The translations under genes were made by a program, and so were the position numbers. Shown one piece after another: positions 61,161 to 64,000 of a stretch of DNA of 64,000 bases. The stretch is from Octopus vulgaris. Its lineage: Eukaryota. The notes under the pieces were generated by a model. The model saw only the letters and a list, made by a program, of their open reading frames with translations. It was not told where the DNA came from and did no database searches. The stretch covers positions 36,456,001 to 36,520,000 of the forward strand of contig OX597839.1 of assembly GCA_951406725.2 (NCBI GenBank), given 5' to 3'. Numbering within the stretch: the first letter of the stretch is position 1; every line of letters starts with the position of its first letter.

Positions 61161-61778
61161 TATTGGTTTCAAATTTTGGCACAAGGCCTGTAAGTTCCGG
61201 GGGGGGGGGATTAAGTACGATTACACCGATCCCACTTTGGCAGAAACGTTAGCACGCCGGACGAAATGCTTTGTGGTAGGTATTTCGTCCGCCGCTGCGT
61301 TCTGAGTTCAAATTCCGCCGAGGTCGACTTTACCTTTCATCCTTTCGGGGTCGATAAATTAAGTACCAGTTACGCACTGGGGGTCGATGTAATCGACTTA
61401 ATACCTATGTCTGTCCTTGTTTGTCCCCTCTGTGCTTAGCCCCTTGTGGGTAGTAAAGAAATAGGTATTTCGTCCGCCGCTGCGTTCTGAGTTCAAATTC
61501 CGCCGAGGTCGACTTTGCCTTTCATCCTTTTGGGATCGATAAATTAAGTACCAGTTGCGCACTGGGGGGGGGGGTCGATGTAATCGACTTAATACCTATG
61601 TCTGTCCTTGTTTGTCCCCTCTGTGTGTAGCCCCTTGTGGGCAGTAAAGAAATGGGTACTTTATTTCATTGAGCCCAAAAGGATGAAAAGCAACGTTGAC
61701 CTCAGAGGAATTTGAACTCAGAACGTAAGGACGGACGAAACGCCACAAAGCTAACGATTCTGCAAGCTCACTACCTTA
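61161..61778. mobile_element. Old minus-strand B-related SINE containing a plus-strand SINE B dimer (61238-61633)
   Basis: Outer flanks attttgacgaa repeat at 61150 and 61778; inner dimer junction GAAATAG|GTATTTC at 61458-61471. Confidence 0.8.
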
Positions 61779-62866
61779 TTTTGACGAACATTCGCGTATT
61801 TTTTGAGGAATTACAACCTATGGCTGCAGAAATACCAAACCACCATCATCATCATTATCACCAGGAAGTGGAATCTTTTATGCGGTCAATCGACCCGCTT
61901 GAGGAAAATAGCAGTGAAGCTAATCCTTAGCTCCATCACATCCATTCATACCTGTTGTCTATAAATAAATGAATTAAAATTAAAATAGGCGCAGGTGTGG
62001 CCGTGTGATAAGAAATTTGCTTCCCAACCACATGGTTCTGGTTTCAGTCCCACTGCCAGGTACCTCCGGCAATTGTTTTCTATTATAACTCCGGAACGAC
62101 TGAAGCCTTGCATGTAGACTTGGCATATGGAAACTGAATGAAGCCTGTCGTATATGCGCATGTGTGTGTGTGCTGGGTCTGTCTCCCTACCGCTCGATAA
62201 CCGGTATTGGTTTATTTACGTCATAGTAACTAGCAGTTCGGTAAAAAAAAAATGAGAACTGGGGTTGATTTGTTCAACTTCAACCATTGAAAGCGGTGCC
62301 CTAGCATGGCCGCAGTTCAATGATTGAAACAAGAGAAATAAAAAGAATAAAGAAAATAGGAAGAACACAATGTATCTAAGATGGACGTTAATGAAAAAAG
62401 GTGATGGTACTATACTATGCGGTCGACCAAGTTGTCGACCAGTATAGCCAGGGTTATCTACCTTAAACGTTGAGTTAGTAAAGGAAACCAATTTTCCCAG
62501 TATACGGACATTAACAGCAAATCAAAACTGCAAGGTGAGCTTGAGTGAGATTTTAGAACGAATATCTCTCTTTGTCCATGGATATACCCATGAACACAGC
62601 AGTGGCTAACAGGAAAATCTAAAACTACAATTGAGAACCCCTTCCAAGGGAAAGGCAAAGGGGCCGATACGGCTTGGCACCTGTAACATCGCAACTCATT
62701 TCTACAGCTGAGTGAACTGGAGCAACGTGAAATAAAGTGTCTTGCTCAAGAACAACAACACGCAGCTCGGTCCGGGATTCGAACTCACTACCTCACGATC
62801 GTAATCTCGACGCTCTAACCACTGAACCATGCGCCTTCACAGTACTACAATACTGACAGGTAAATA

Positions 62867-63094
62867 AAGGCGGCGAGCTGGCAGAAACGTTAGCACGCCG
62901 GGCGAAATGCTTAGCGGTATTTCGTCCGCCGCTACGTTGTGAGTTCAAATTCCGCCGAGGTCGACTTTGCCTTTCATCCTTTCGGGGTCGATAAATTAAG
63001 TACCAGTTACGTACTGGGGTCGATGTAATCGACAATCTGTTTGTCCTTGTTTGTCCCCTCTGTGTTTAGCCCCTTGTGGGTAGTAAAGAAATAG
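62867..63094 (+). mobile_element. SINE family B
   Basis: Full head GGCGGCGAGCTGGCAGAAACGTTAG; duplication aggtaaata on both sides. Confidence 0.85.
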
Positions 63095-63117
63095 GTAAAT
63101 ATGTGCCACGAGGGAAG

Positions 63118-63300
63118 ATGGTTGGAATACACGATAACCGCATTCTGATCGACGAAACAGGATTTTCTGGTTGACGAAAATACAACTGAGGAAGAATGCT
63201 GAATGGCGACAACGCTCCTCTCTTCGAAGACAGTGATGCAGAACAACGAAACACTGGGAACCATGGACTTAGAATTGATCGGCCGCGGGTTTTTGGTCTA
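63118..63300 (+). pseudogene. Merlin/ISXO2-like DDE transposase fragment
   Basis: Frame reads ILIDETGFSG*RKYN*GRMLNGDN...RIDRPRVFGL, matching the Merlin motif IDE(S/T)xF..RKYNRGR...WVFG; both stops are TGA, consistent with CGA decay. Confidence 0.7.
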
Positions 63301-63539
63301 ACCCTAACCCCTCTCCCCCATTCTCCCCGCATAATTTAAATTGAATTGAGGTATCGACATAAGGGAGATAACTTCATGCAAATGTAAATTACCTCCCTTG
63401 GATAAGTAACAACATTTTTTTTATATATAAAAAAATAGTAACAAATTCTAAGCACAAAACTCTATTCTAATGAGAAGAGACAAAGAGACGGCGGTGGATG
63501 GCAGAATCAATGAATAAAATACATTACAGTATATAAATA

Positions 63540-63670
63540 CAGGGTGTCCCCCAAAAATGTATACACATAGTGGTTCGGCAAAAGAGAACGATAGAATAAG
63601 TACTAGGCTTACAAAGAATAACAAATTTACAATCATTTAAGGTGTGTATACATTTTTTGGGGACACCCTG
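63540..63670. mobile_element. Tc1-type MITE containing a SINE A fragment
   Basis: TA|CAGGGTGTCCCC...GGGGACACCCTG|TA with inverted ends of about 28 bp; 63568-63621 matches the SINE A body. Confidence 0.82.
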
Positions 63671-64000
63671 TAGTTACGACAGCTTATATTCCGAGTTCAA
63701 TTCATGCAGGAGCTGGGCCGTCGCTAAGCCCCTGCATCCCCTGCGGTCGCAGGGATCCTACGCGGTTGAGGGGCCCTATGTGAAGATCAAAGTACATAGA
63801 TGAGTCATCTATATACTTTGGTGAAGATGTTGAACAAGAATTAAACTATGTTAACTCAAAATTTCAAGAAATAAAATGGTAACAGAGTGTACCTGTAAAA
63901 GTTCTTGTAAAAATATTGCATTGTTCCCCGGACGTCCCTACCTAAATATGTTCTTTAGGGTAACGTGAAATATTGAACTTCAGATAGAAATAAAGTAAGA

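Noticed and set aside
62460-63420. Candidates for the first coding exon of the CCDC50-like gene
   Set aside because: Donor-like sites near 62460 and 63391 give the wrong phase or no resemblance to the expected N-terminus.

Overview
AT-rich, microsatellite-dense eukaryotic genomic DNA. The repeat content (tRNA-headed SINE families, TA/CA/GA tracts) points to an octopus or other coleoid cephalopod; this is an inference. One spliced protein-coding gene spans almost the whole window on the minus strand: a CCDC50 (Ymer)-like gene. I reconstructed 12 phase-compatible GT-AG exons from 57559 down to the stop at 1753 (about 650 aa); the first coding exon was not found and probably lies beyond 64000. 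The protein has six MIU-like motifs, a candidate LIR and a polybasic C-terminus ending in CRQQ (CaaX-like). The introns hold several SINE families, RTE and CR1 LINE 3' remnants, Tc1/mariner, piggyBac- and hAT-type MITEs, a Merlin transposase relic, minisatellites, and several unrelated (TA)n-embedded fold-back elements, one carrying a variant minimal hammerhead-like motif. A decayed 5S rRNA copy sits at the left edge. Nearly all ORFs in the supplied track are repeat artefacts.
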